Shown: positions 1-9,637 of the stretch, in pieces | Layout: each line of letters begins with the position of its first letter | How positions within the stretch are numbered: position 1 is the stretch's first letter | Origin: a virus | IMG/VR virus record: IMGVR_UViG_3300031143_000006 | DNA: 64,000 nucleotides | Strand: one strand, 5' to 3' | Notes under the pieces: generated by a model | What the model was told of the DNA's origin: nothing | The model's input: only the letters and a program-made list of their open reading frames with translations | Databases searched by the model: none | Position numbers and translations under genes: made by a program

Positions 1-1
1 A

Positions 2-919
2 AGAGATGAAGCTGTATTTGAATTATTAAATAATTTAGATATAACAGGATGTCAGTTAATAGAAGAATCTTCTGGTGAAACTGTAGTTGATAAAAAAGAT
101 GGATTAGTTTTATTTGATGAAGGAGTTCAATATCCTATCAGTAAATTCATATCTATTGCTAAAAAATCAACTGAAGGTAAATATGAGCTTAAACAAAACA
201 ATTCATTCGGTAAAGGTATTCAATTAGCACAATTCTTAAAAAAGAATTTAAAATTACAATTTCAAGCTAAAGTATACAGATCGGAATGGAATTATGGTGG
301 AAACATGGTAGTGAGAATAACTCTTAAAGGAGATGATCGTGGTGAATTCTTTAGTTTTGGTTCAAACAATAGTACATCAAGCCCTAGATATTCTTTTGGA
401 GATGTATTTAGTGGAGTTAAACAAAAAGACGGTACTGAATTCGAATCAGGTTATGGAATTGTACACGGATCATTTAAACAAATAAGTAACTTCAAAGGAG
501 TTATGGATGATATCTTACATTTATTTAACGACTATGAAAGAGTTAACGGCGTTCCTTTCACGACAAGAGCTGCTATTAAAATCAAAAAGGTCGGAGCTAA
601 ATTAAATGCAGAATGGAGAGACAAAGTTTATCCAAAAATCATGAAAGAATATGGAATTGCTCAGAAAATGGCATCGGGAGTATCTCGTGGTATTGAAATG
701 AGAAGACCCACTCTTAAATCAAATAATAAGGTAGTGCATTTCTATCATGATGAGCCTAGATCACTAAGACATCCTGATGAAAATCCAGAGTGGTCTGATA
801 AACTAATGTCAAAACCTGAATATAACAAATACGAAAAAGCAATTTCAAAGATAGCAGATTTATGTACGAAGTTTACAGATAAGCATAGTATATCATTTGA
901 ATGGAACGCTAATAGATAA
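2..919 (+). CDS. hypothetical protein, 5'-partial. The reading frame is open from the window start; the ORF-track start at 305 is an internal Met.
   Basis: I checked frame 2 codon by codon from nt 2 to 304 and found no stop. The product is unknown. Confidence 0.5.
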   Translation, partial: RDEAVFELLNNLDITGCQLIEESSGETVVDKKDGLVLFDEGVQYPISKFISIAKKSTEGKYELKQNNSFGKGIQLAQFLKKNLKLQFQAKVYRSEWNYGGNMVVRITLKGDDRGEFFSFGSNNSTSSPRYSFGDVFSGVKQKDGTEFESGYGIVHGSFKQISNFKGVMDDILHLFNDYERVNGVPFTTRAAIKIKKVGAKLNAEWRDKVYPKIMKEYGIAQKMASGVSRGIEMRRPTLKSNNKVVHFYHDEPRSLRHPDENPEWSDKLMSKPEYNKYEKAISKIADLCTKFTDKHSISFEWNANR

Positions 920-941
920 GACTTAAAAAGAAAAAAGATAT

Positions 942-2822
942 ATGGCACTTCAAAAATTAAGAGAACATTTCCAAGGAGCTAATACTAATGAATTCCAAAG
1001 ATTGTTAAAAAATAGAGTGATGGTAGTTGAGAAAATCTCAGCTCCATCTTTCTACGTTAGGAGAGTGAATGACAAGTTTGAATACTATAAGTCTTCAAAT
1101 GGAAAGCCACTTACAATTATTGATAGGACTATAATGTCCTTGTATGAGGTCGCTATCAAACACATACAGAGTTTAAATCCAACAAACAAAGAGGAATTAC
1201 CTCAAGATTATAGATTTGGATTTGAATACTTACCAGAGGCTAATGTTTCTTCAATGTCATATGACAAAGCACCTTACAATAACTTAATATTGACACATGT
1301 TCAACAGATGACCGAGTCGGGAAAGGTTAAGAAGACTATAATAGATCCAGTTATTTTAACAAAATGGTCTAAAGTATTAGATGTTCAACAACAAGATGTT
1401 ATATTCGATGGGGTATTGAATCAATTACAAGTTGAAAAGTTAATTAAATTATTAGAGATGAATGATAAGGAATTCTCTCAATCATTTGATTATGATATTG
1501 AAACTGACGTTGAAACTAGTTTTACTAAAGAAGTTTATAAAATATTTAATCCAAATGCAAGAGCAACAGTTCTTCATGAGGATTTAGAACAAGAAATAGA
1601 TGCATTGGTATTAAATTTTGCAGAAGGAAAGAAAATCTCTTCATTTAAATTAGAAGATTTTAGTAGAACTTCTATAAATGAAAATAGAGAAAGCTCACAT
1701 ATGTATCAAATTGCAATCGCAGATATACTGGAGCACTTTATCAAGTATGATTTCAAAGCAGTTCAGTTAGTTGAAGAGAGTGCAAACAGGAGATACCTGG
1801 AACTAATGTCTGTTGTATTTAACGAATATATTAATAAGAATGCATCAAGATATATTGGAGTAAATTTTGACAATGCAGAATTCTCAAACTCAGACTCATT
1901 TAAATTAAACACGAACTTTATTAAGAATGAAAAGACATTAAGACATGTTTCAAACGAAGTTCTTTCGTCTTTATTCAAAATAACACTAGGTACATTTAGA
2001 AAACAAAAATCAAAGTCTTCAGATATTATTAACGATGACATGGTTCTTCAACTAAATAGTATTATAGATAAAATTAATGAAGCAATATTCGTAGAAAATA
2101 CTGATGAAAATTCAATATATGACTATAATAACTTTATGATGCACGGCAAGATTAAAGCTAGTGTTGATATTAATGAAGCTTTAACAGTAACTCATGGAGA
2201 ACAAGGTAAAGAGCTTGTAAATATATTTGTTGGAAGATTTCAACCATTTACATTAGGTCATGCTAAAGTATTAGAAGCAATTCACAAAGAGAACGGCCAT
2301 CCAGTTATTGTATTTTTAATTAAAGGAAAAGCAGTAAAGAAAGGTGATGATTTTAGAAAGCCATATTCTGAGGAAATGCAAATTGACATGTTCAAGAAAG
2401 TTAAGAAGCAGTATACATTCTTAAAAGAAATAATGGTTTTACCAAGTGCGGCAATCGATAAAATGTTTAATGCATTAAGACCTAAATACGAACCAATTCT
2501 ATGGGGAACAGGAACTGATAGAATGAAATCATACGGATATCAAGTAAACAATGATTCATATAGAGATCAATTAAACGTAAATAAAGATTTTGGTCTTTTT
2601 GAAATACCAAGGAATGATGACAATATTTCAGCAACTGCTGTTCGTAATGCATTATTAGATGGTGATGAAAAGACATTCAAGAAAATGACACCAAAGGGAA
2701 TTCACAAGATGTATTCTTTATTAAAGTCAGAATTAGAAAATTCAATGGAATTAGTATCGGCATCAGCTACGATAGATAGCAACCTAATGACGTTCGAACA
2801 ATATATGAACAACCTAAAATAA
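942..2822 (+). CDS. two-domain protein. The C-terminal ~220 aa form an NMN/NaMN adenylyltransferase-like nucleotidyltransferase domain. The N-terminal part has an Rnl2-like 'VVVEKISAPSF' motif (weak).
   Basis: 'GRFQPFTLGHAKVLE' matches the (H/T)xGH nucleotidyltransferase motif. 'ISATAVRNAL' matches the ISxTxxR motif of NMNAT/NadM-family enzymes. Confidence 0.45.
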   Translation: MALQKLREHFQGANTNEFQRLLKNRVMVVEKISAPSFYVRRVNDKFEYYKSSNGKPLTIIDRTIMSLYEVAIKHIQSLNPTNKEELPQDYRFGFEYLPEANVSSMSYDKAPYNNLILTHVQQMTESGKVKKTIIDPVILTKWSKVLDVQQQDVIFDGVLNQLQVEKLIKLLEMNDKEFSQSFDYDIETDVETSFTKEVYKIFNPNARATVLHEDLEQEIDALVLNFAEGKKISSFKLEDFSRTSINENRESSHMYQIAIADILEHFIKYDFKAVQLVEESANRRYLELMSVVFNEYINKNASRYIGVNFDNAEFSNSDSFKLNTNFIKNEKTLRHVSNEVLSSLFKITLGTFRKQKSKSSDIINDDMVLQLNSIIDKINEAIFVENTDENSIYDYNNFMMHGKIKASVDINEALTVTHGEQGKELVNIFVGRFQPFTLGHAKVLEAIHKENGHPVIVFLIKGKAVKKGDDFRKPYSEEMQIDMFKKVKKQYTFLKEIMVLPSAAIDKMFNALRPKYEPILWGTGTDRMKSYGYQVNNDSYRDQLNVNKDFGLFEIPRNDDNISATAVRNALLDGDEKTFKKMTPKGIHKMYSLLKSELENSMELVSASATIDSNLMTFEQYMNNLK

Positions 2823-2865
2823 TTCTTAGATATATAATCCTATAATATAAAACATAAAATAAATA

Positions 2866-4392
2866 ATGAGCGATAATTCACATATAAATCAATCAGACCG
2901 ATTCCTTAATGAAGGAAGAGTACAGTTAAAGAGGAGATATACTGAAAATCATCCTGCTAAAACTGCTGGAATGTCTGGTAAAATCAGAAACAAAGTATTA
3001 GAAGCTATTAAAGATGGTAAAATATCTCAAACAGATTTTGATACATTAGTCTCAGAATTATCGAATGATTCTAAAAGATGGTCTTCTAGAAACTCGAAAT
3101 ACTTTAGTGTTTCTGAGGAAGGAATTTCATTATCTAAATTCGGAATGAAAATCTTTAATTCAATAACAGTAAACGAAAAAACAGAGGAGAATCCAGAAAT
3201 ATGGGTACCTGGTGGTTTTGATAAAGCAATATCTAAATTCCCTAATTCTCAAATCACACTAGATTTAATAAAAAAATTAGCAAAAAAATATAAAGTATTT
3301 TTAGATGATGCTGTCAAATACGTTGAGTATGGATGGGCATTAGACTTACAAGAAAACAAAAACAATATGGAAAACACTAAATTTATTTTTGAATCATTTA
3401 CGGAATTCGTAGGTTCATTAAACGAAGATTCTAATGAATCTTTAAACGAAGCATTTAAATCTTCTAAATTAAGAAATTTATTAACAATGTCATCAGCGAA
3501 TGGCGGTAAACCGGAAGCTAGCTTAGGTAAAAGATTTTACGAATATACTAAAATTAAATTAGACCAAGTTGATGATAGCCATATATTAGATATGGATATG
3601 AACGACGCTTTTAAAGCATCTAAGGACGATGATAGAGTAATCTTTTATGTAATAGATACTGAAAAAAGAAGTCCTTATGGTGATGATAATCCATACCCGT
3701 TGAAACCAGGTCTTTTAGCAATTTCTAGAGGAAAAGATTTCTTAGGATATGATTATAAAGGTGGAGGAAGATTTAAAGCAGGTACAAAAACACTTTCTAA
3801 AAAAGGACAAGATTTAGGAGCTGATAAAAGATATAAAGGATATGGTGCAACTGGATTATCTTCAGTTAAAAGAATTATAGAAGTTGCAGATAGAGCTTAT
3901 TCAATAAGTATCTCAGCATTACAAACTCTTTTAGGATCAGCATCTAAATCGGCTGATCGTAAAGCTGCAAAAGCAGGAGCAATCGCGTTTTTATCGCATG
4001 ATGACTTTAAGAAACAAAACCAATCAAGATATATGTCGATATTGGCTAACAAAGCAGCATCACTTCCATTAGATAAATTAGTTGCAACTGCAATTGATGA
4101 AATCACTGAACAAATCAAAAATGGAATTAAATCAGGAGAAGTTGGAAGATATGGAGATCCAATCATCGGTAAGAGTAAAAAAGGAAAAGAAGTTAAATTA
4201 AAAGATGCAGGAAATCATATGTCAAATATATTAGATGATTATTCTAGATATGTTGATTATGTTAAACAAGAAGAAGAAGTTGTTGCAAAATACGGTAAGT
4301 CAGAATCTTGGTATGCTAAATCTGTTAAGGAATATGCTAAAAGAACTGCTGATAAAATCAAACAAGTAAAGGACATGTCTTACGCTTGGTAA
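2866..4392 (+). CDS. hypothetical protein (508 aa). It may be a packaged internal protein; the N-terminus contains FLNE|G.
   Basis: Long ORF with phage-like codon usage. 'LNE' fits the (L/I)xE cleavage consensus of T4-type prohead protease. Confidence 0.4.
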   Translation: MSDNSHINQSDRFLNEGRVQLKRRYTENHPAKTAGMSGKIRNKVLEAIKDGKISQTDFDTLVSELSNDSKRWSSRNSKYFSVSEEGISLSKFGMKIFNSITVNEKTEENPEIWVPGGFDKAISKFPNSQITLDLIKKLAKKYKVFLDDAVKYVEYGWALDLQENKNNMENTKFIFESFTEFVGSLNEDSNESLNEAFKSSKLRNLLTMSSANGGKPEASLGKRFYEYTKIKLDQVDDSHILDMDMNDAFKASKDDDRVIFYVIDTEKRSPYGDDNPYPLKPGLLAISRGKDFLGYDYKGGGRFKAGTKTLSKKGQDLGADKRYKGYGATGLSSVKRIIEVADRAYSISISALQTLLGSASKSADRKAAKAGAIAFLSHDDFKKQNQSRYMSILANKAASLPLDKLVATAIDEITEQIKNGIKSGEVGRYGDPIIGKSKKGKEVKLKDAGNHMSNILDDYSRYVDYVKQEEEVVAKYGKSESWYAKSVKEYAKRTADKIKQVKDMSYAW

Positions 4393-4393
4393 T

Positions 4394-5752
4394 ATGAAAG
4401 TACTTAAAGAAAATATAACACCAGCAGATATTACAGGAATGGGACCTATAAGTCTACCAACGCCAACGAAAGATGGTAGTGGAGATATTCCTGCAGGATC
4501 TGGCGATGCTAAACAAGAATACAAAAAGAAAAAAAGAATAATGGCAAAATTAAAAACATTTAAAGCATTCACTGAATCTACATCAGTTGAAGAATCTATT
4601 ATAACTGAAGCTAAATTTACTTTCTCAGAAAAAGAAGTAAAAGACGTTGCAGATAGATTAGCTAAAGCAATGGCAAAGGTAGATAATGTACATGTTGGAG
4701 TTCATGACTTTGAATATGACAAAGGTAAAGGAGCAGGATGGGAATTATCGTTTGGTGGTGAAGACTATGATGGTGGAAGTTATTTTATTAGAGCAAACGG
4801 AGATGTAGTTAACGCTGCAATCGGCGGAGGAACTGTTTATGGTAATATTAAATCTACAGAAAAAGACTTCATTAAATGGTTTAAAGCTAACGAATCAGTT
4901 TCTTTATTTGAAGGCGGAATGTCAGACATTTATATAATAGCACAAGACGCTAAGGATGAAACATCGTTTCTTAAAGATTTCTTTAAAGAATTTGGAGATA
5001 AAGTTAAAAAAACAGCAGATTCTATAGATTGGGCTAAATCAATATATGCCGATGCTAAAGCAATGACTTTAGAGTCTATATTAACTGAAGCTAGAGGAGA
5101 TCAATTCCTTATCATAAAAGATGGTAAAGATGTTAAAGGATTCAAATCATGGAAAGGTGCAAAGAAATTTGTATCAGGAGATAATGAATTTTCAACAGAT
5201 GATATTCAATCAGCAGAATGGTACCATGACAATAAAAGTGAATCAGTAATAGCTGAAGCTAAAACAGCGCAAGATTATCAAGAAGTTATTGATAGTGCAG
5301 AATCTAAGATATGGGAATTGCAAAATTCTAAAAAATCATGGATTCCTGAAGATAAATCAAAACGAGATAAAATGATTGGATCTTTTCAAAAGAAAGTGGA
5401 TGCCGCTCAAAAGAAATTAGATAATTTATCTGAAGCAGTCGTTAATGAAAAAGAAGTATCTATGCCAAGGGGTTTAGAATCATTCGCGAATGATTTAGAA
5501 TCAGAAAACAGAGACCCTCAAATACATTTAGCTACATTTGATGGAACTTCGTTTCAAGCACAATCAACTAATAAGACATGGGACGATGGAGTTCCAGTAA
5601 CTAAGAACTTTACAAGAGGAGGTTATAAGTCAGTTGGTCCTAAAGGAGAACATCACATAATTGAAGTTGACACATTCTGGTATTTTGTAATTGGAAGAAC
5701 ATGGTATGCTGTTAAGAGAAAAGATTATGGAACTCCTCCGTTCGAATATTAA
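4394..5752 (+). CDS. hypothetical protein (452 aa)
   Basis: Long ORF directly abutting the upstream gene. N-terminal 'VLKE|N'. Confidence 0.4.
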   Translation: MKVLKENITPADITGMGPISLPTPTKDGSGDIPAGSGDAKQEYKKKKRIMAKLKTFKAFTESTSVEESIITEAKFTFSEKEVKDVADRLAKAMAKVDNVHVGVHDFEYDKGKGAGWELSFGGEDYDGGSYFIRANGDVVNAAIGGGTVYGNIKSTEKDFIKWFKANESVSLFEGGMSDIYIIAQDAKDETSFLKDFFKEFGDKVKKTADSIDWAKSIYADAKAMTLESILTEARGDQFLIIKDGKDVKGFKSWKGAKKFVSGDNEFSTDDIQSAEWYHDNKSESVIAEAKTAQDYQEVIDSAESKIWELQNSKKSWIPEDKSKRDKMIGSFQKKVDAAQKKLDNLSEAVVNEKEVSMPRGLESFANDLESENRDPQIHLATFDGTSFQAQSTNKTWDDGVPVTKNFTRGGYKSVGPKGEHHIIEVDTFWYFVIGRTWYAVKRKDYGTPPFEY

Positions 5753-5771
5753 ACAAATATAAGATATAACA

Positions 5772-6176
5772 ATGAAACATTTAAAATCAATAGAATCATT
5801 CTCAGTAACAGAATCATCTAATACGGAGATTAACGAATCTATCGAATCATATTACTTTAACAAAAGTAATTTTAAAGGATTTGATTTACCAGGAAAGGGA
5901 GAAACTTTATACGCAGTTATTTCGCATAATAAAGTAGAGATAAACAAAGAACAAATACACTTAAAATTACAGAGTGATAATGTCATAGGTTCATCTTTTA
6001 AACCAGTCGTTTTATTTGTATTAAAAGACGAAGCTAGTGCAAAATCAGCATATGACTTAGAAGTTAAAAAAGGAGGATCAGGTGCAAATCTATCGTTTTC
6101 TTTTGGAACTATTGGATCTAAAGGTTCAAATGTACCTTACGAACAAATTGAAGGTATTATCAAGACTTTAAAATAA
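5772..6176 (+). CDS. hypothetical protein with the conserved N-terminal MKHLKSIESF motif
   Basis: The ORF is followed by a strong terminator. Its N-terminus is shared with ORFs 26645 and 30919. Confidence 0.4.
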   Translation: MKHLKSIESFSVTESSNTEINESIESYYFNKSNFKGFDLPGKGETLYAVISHNKVEINKEQIHLKLQSDNVIGSSFKPVVLFVLKDEASAKSAYDLEVKKGGSGANLSFSFGTIGSKGSNVPYEQIEGIIKTLK

Positions 6177-6233
6177 TTAAAACATTCCGCGTATCATCGG
6201 AACTATCAACCACATGTGTTGAAACAATCAAAG

Positions 6234-6268
6234 AATGCTCTGTATAAACTACAGAGCATTTTTAATTT
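6234..6268 (+). terminator. intrinsic terminator (perfect 11-bp stem, then T-rich tail)
   Basis: aatgctctgta-taaac-tacagagcatt followed by tttaattt. Confidence 0.6.
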
Positions 6269-6282
6269 AAAAAGATACGTAA

Positions 6283-6522
6283 ATGAATAATCAATTCTTA
6301 TTTAAACCGGGTAATTACGAAGATTGGTCAATCTCGGCCCTTGATAAAGTAACAAAGGTAATAGATTCGTGTAATACTATAGAACATATTGAAACTGCTA
6401 AAAATATGGTAGATCATTTCATATTAATGATGGCAATTAACGAGACATACCCAGACGAAACAATACAAGACATTTCAAAACAACTTTATCTTTATTTAAC
6501 ATTAAAGAAAAACAAAATATGA
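6283..6522 (+). CDS. hypothetical protein (79 aa)
   Basis: ORF; its stop overlaps the start of the next gene (ATGA). Confidence 0.3.
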   Translation: MNNQFLFKPGNYEDWSISALDKVTKVIDSCNTIEHIETAKNMVDHFILMMAINETYPDETIQDISKQLYLYLTLKKNKI

Positions 6523-7097
6523 TTAACCCAAAAGGAATAGTAGGATTTACTGCAGGTAATTTCGATCTTCTGCACCCAGGTTACATATATACCTTTGAAA
6601 CTGCGAAAGAACATTGTGATTATTTCATGGTGTTTCTACAGATAGATCCATCAGAAACTAGATTCACTAAATACAAACCAGTTATTCCTCTATATGAGAG
6701 ATATAAGACGTTAATGGCAATTAAATACATTGATGAGGTTGTAACTTACCAAACAGAAGAAGATCTAATACAATTAATTGAATTTTATAAACCAGATGTA
6801 AGAATCCTAGGGGATGATTATATCGGTAAGAGATTCTCAGGAGATAATTTAAGCCCTGAAGTAGTTTACACAACAAGATCACATGGATGGTCTACTACTA
6901 AATTAAAGGATCTTATTACAATGCAAACTGTAAAGCAAAATCCGGAATTAATTGATAGAGCAAAGAACGAAGATTCAACATCAGCTGCCCAGAAATTAAT
7001 GCTAGAAATTAGAGATCAAATCGCACAATATTCTGAGGGTAAATTAACAGAGGTTGAATATAAGACTGGAATTAAAAAACTAATAGAACAAGCATGA
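6519..7097 (+). CDS. cytidylyltransferase-like nucleotidyltransferase (TagD / RfaE domain II-like)
   Basis: 'GFTAGNFDLLHPGY' matches the GxFDxxHxGH motif. The C-terminal 'SHGWSTTKL' motif is typical of the cytidylyltransferase superfamily. Confidence 0.55.
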   Translation: MINPKGIVGFTAGNFDLLHPGYIYTFETAKEHCDYFMVFLQIDPSETRFTKYKPVIPLYERYKTLMAIKYIDEVVTYQTEEDLIQLIEFYKPDVRILGDDYIGKRFSGDNLSPEVVYTTRSHGWSTTKLKDLITMQTVKQNPELIDRAKNEDSTSAAQKLMLEIRDQIAQYSEGKLTEVEYKTGIKKLIEQA

Positions 7098-8017
7098 GAA
7101 TAATCGTAACAGGAGGACTTGGATTTATAGGATCATCATTCGTAAACTTACTTAACAGAAGATTACCAAATGATGAGATAGTTATTTTAGATAAAATGAC
7201 ATATGCTGCAAATCCTAATAATATTAAAGTGGCGACAACCCTCATAATGAAAGATATATGTGATGTTGTCGCTGAAGACTTGGGGGACTATGATTACATG
7301 GTTCACTTTGCTGCGGAGAGCCATGTTGATAACTCTATTAAAGACGGTAAACCGTTTATTAGAACTAATGTAGAAGGAACATTCAATCTATTAGAGTGTG
7401 CCAGACAGAACCCTAACTTAAAGAAGTTCATACATATATCAACTGACGAAGTATACGGAGATATGGCAGATATTGGTTTATTAGCGGAAGCTAACGAATC
7501 TTTCGGACTAACAGGATCTTCATACTATTCAGCATCAAAAGCTGCTAGTGATTTATTAGTTGAAGCATGTGGAAGGACGTTTGGATTACCGTATTTAATT
7601 ACAAGAACATGTAATAATTATGGAGAACACCAGAACGAAGAGAAATTCATTCCAAAGATAATGAAATCCATAGCAAATGATTTAACCATTCCAGTTTATG
7701 GAGATGGTAGACAGGTTAGAGAATGGATCGACACTGAAGATAACGTCCAATTAATTTACGAATTAATGTTATCTGATATGGAAGGAGAAGTATATAATAT
7801 CGGAAGTGGAGAAAAGTATGAGAATATAGAGATCATTAATATGATAGGAGAAATGTTAGGAAAGACTCCTAAGTTTGAATTCGTAGAAGATAGATTAGGT
7901 CATGATAAAAGATATGCATTAGATTCTACTAAAGTTAGGGAAGTATTCTCAGATTGGGAAACATTATCATTCAAAGAATTTTTATTGGAACAAATAAATG
8001 CATTAAAGAACAAATAA
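7094..8017 (+). CDS. rmlB: NDP-sugar 4,6-dehydratase of the dTDP-glucose 4,6-dehydratase (RmlB) type
   Basis: Matches: TGGLGFIGS Rossmann motif, AAESHVDNS, HISTDEVYGD, YYSASKAASD (YxxxK), CNNYGE and GHDKRYALD. These line up along the length with E. coli RmlB. Confidence 0.7.
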   Translation: MRIIVTGGLGFIGSSFVNLLNRRLPNDEIVILDKMTYAANPNNIKVATTLIMKDICDVVAEDLGDYDYMVHFAAESHVDNSIKDGKPFIRTNVEGTFNLLECARQNPNLKKFIHISTDEVYGDMADIGLLAEANESFGLTGSSYYSASKAASDLLVEACGRTFGLPYLITRTCNNYGEHQNEEKFIPKIMKSIANDLTIPVYGDGRQVREWIDTEDNVQLIYELMLSDMEGEVYNIGSGEKYENIEIINMIGEMLGKTPKFEFVEDRLGHDKRYALDSTKVREVFSDWETLSFKEFLLEQINALKNK

Positions 8018-8041
8018 ATGCAATTGTTAATAACTTTTATA

Positions 8042-8080
8042 AAATAAGTGAGTCAGGATTTTTCTGGTTCACTTTTTTTG
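8042..8080 (+). terminator. terminator-like hairpin followed by a T7 tract
   Basis: aagtgagtcagg-attttt-ctggttcactt then ttttttt. Confidence 0.35.
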
Positions 8081-8098
8081 TTTATATTTACTTATAAC
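8081..8098 (+). promoter_or_regulatory. conserved promoter-like element, copy 1 (TTATATTTACTTATAAC)
   Basis: One of 8 near-identical motif copies. It lies 18 nt upstream of the ATG at 8117. Confidence 0.5.
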
Positions 8099-8116
8099 TA
8101 ATAAACAACATATATT

Positions 8117-8536
8117 ATGATGAAAGTACAAGATTTAAAAGAAGGAGATATTGTTAACATGGATCCTAATAATATCAATGGAGATATTGTTTTAATTACA
8201 GGTAAATTGATAAGATACAACGGTATGAATAAATACCTTATGGAAGTTGAAGGTACTGACATGTTAATTGACGGTGAAACTACTGTCAATTTAATAGAAA
8301 GCAATTATACTCCTAAATCTGAACAAGATAGATTTAATGAGATAATGAATACTAAGGAATATTTAACGCAAGAGGAATATGACTTTTGTTTTGGTGTTGA
8401 TGGGTCTATTAGGATTGATACTTCATATGTCGGTAATAACGGTGAAACTCGATTGGGTGTTTATTTGAATTTAAGACTTTACTCAGAACATGATGAAGAA
8501 ATATATGACGGTGATGATTGTAACAATATGTACTAA
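8117..8536 (+). CDS. hypothetical protein (139 aa)
   Basis: ORF downstream of a conserved promoter motif. Confidence 0.35.
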   Translation: MMKVQDLKEGDIVNMDPNNINGDIVLITGKLIRYNGMNKYLMEVEGTDMLIDGETTVNLIESNYTPKSEQDRFNEIMNTKEYLTQEEYDFCFGVDGSIRIDTSYVGNNGETRLGVYLNLRLYSEHDEEIYDGDDCNNMY

Positions 8537-8593
8537 TTGTTAATAACTTTGTGAAAACAGTTGCACAAAAGTTTTTTTATATGACATAAAATG

Positions 8594-8611
8594 CTTATAT
8601 TTACTTATAAC
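8594..8611 (+). promoter_or_regulatory. conserved promoter-like element, copy 2
   Basis: CTTATATTTACTTATAAC, 16 nt upstream of the ATG at 8628. Confidence 0.5.
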
Positions 8612-8627
8612 TAATAAACTAAAAGAT

Positions 8628-8969
8628 ATGCCATTCATTACTAAAGATCAAATTACTACTAAAAGAAAACAATTAAAAGCTGCACTTCCACAGTATAAGC
8701 TTTCAGTAACAAACAAACACTTCTCGGGAATTAACGTAGCAATCATAGAGGGACCTAACGATCTTGGACATGAATACAATCAATTGAACGAAAATTGTGC
8801 CGATTGGTATAATGCAGAAGTTCAATCTATATTATCTACAATAATGCCAATATTAAACGAAGGAAAAGGAGCTTCAACTGAAGACGGTGATTACGGAATG
8901 ATTCCAGATTTTTACACATGGGTCCAGATTGGAAAATGGGACAAGCCATATATTTTAAAGAATAAATAA
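8628..8969 (+). CDS. hypothetical protein (113 aa)
   Basis: ORF downstream of a conserved promoter motif. Confidence 0.35.
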   Translation: MPFITKDQITTKRKQLKAALPQYKLSVTNKHFSGINVAIIEGPNDLGHEYNQLNENCADWYNAEVQSILSTIMPILNEGKGASTEDGDYGMIPDFYTWVQIGKWDKPYILKNK

Positions 8970-8972
8970 ATT

Positions 8973-9119
8973 ATGACAGATGAAGAAACAATAGCACTGC
9001 TAGAAAAAGAAGCAGAAGATTTAAAGTACAGAGATCCTATTGATACTACACAATGGGCATATAACGAAGGAATAGAAGATTTAATAATTAAATTCAGTAA
9101 TAAACTAAAAATAAACTAA
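8973..9119 (+). CDS. small hypothetical protein (48 aa), not in the ORF track
   Basis: ATG..TAA ORF that fills the gap between neighbouring genes. Confidence 0.2.
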   Translation: MTDEETIALLEKEAEDLKYRDPIDTTQWAYNEGIEDLIIKFSNKLKIN

Positions 9120-9124
9120 AAACT

Positions 9125-9325
9125 ATGGCAATCAACTACAAACATCATTGGGAAAAGAATCCAGTACTTAGCAGAACATTAACAAACAAAGAAGATTTCG
9201 ATGCTGTAAACAAGAAAGCTCTTGCTAAGAATGAGAAAGAAACAGTATTTCCATCGTATATTATGATGGATGGAGTTCCTCACAAAATGACAAAGGACGG
9301 ATGGGTTGCTTTTACTAAAATGTAA
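9125..9325 (+). CDS. hypothetical protein (66 aa)
   Basis: ORF. Confidence 0.3.
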   Translation: MAINYKHHWEKNPVLSRTLTNKEDFDAVNKKALAKNEKETVFPSYIMMDGVPHKMTKDGWVAFTKM

Positions 9326-9366
9326 ACAAATCCATTTAATAGAGTATAAGAATCAAACACAAATTT

Positions 9367-9636
9367 ATGAGGAGTATTTTAGAAGAAGCAAATGATATAG
9401 TAAACAATCGTAGCGAAGAAGCAGATAGATCTTACGGACCTTTTTCAGAAGGAATGGACAGAGCCGCTATGATTTTTCAAGGAATGACAGGGCACGAAGT
9501 AACGGGTGCAGATATGTTTAAAGCACTAGTAGCACTTAAATTCTCTAGGGAATCTTATAATCACAAGAAGGATAATTTATTAGATGCAGTAGCATACATA
9601 CAAGGATTAGAAAATTACGTTAACGAAAAAGGATAA
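9367..9636 (+). CDS. hypothetical protein (89 aa)
   Basis: ORF. Confidence 0.3.
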   Translation: MRSILEEANDIVNNRSEEADRSYGPFSEGMDRAAMIFQGMTGHEVTGADMFKALVALKFSRESYNHKKDNLLDAVAYIQGLENYVNEKG

Positions 9637-9637
9637 C

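Noticed and set aside
745-948. Minus-strand ORFs lying inside plus-strand genes (e.g. 745-948, 1763-2041, 3897-4166, 30804-31340, 32911-33180, 35584-36069, 51289-51645, 62036-62332)
   Set aside because: They lie entirely antisense to long, well-supported + strand genes. They have low-complexity or repeat-mirrored composition and no independent start or promoter context. These are typical spurious antisense ORFs in AT-rich DNA.
8042-8080. The hairpins preceding each conserved promoter element as a single conserved structured RNA
   Set aside because: The stem sequences differ between copies and are imperfect. Only the T-run and the downstream promoter core are conserved. They are more likely individual weak terminators.
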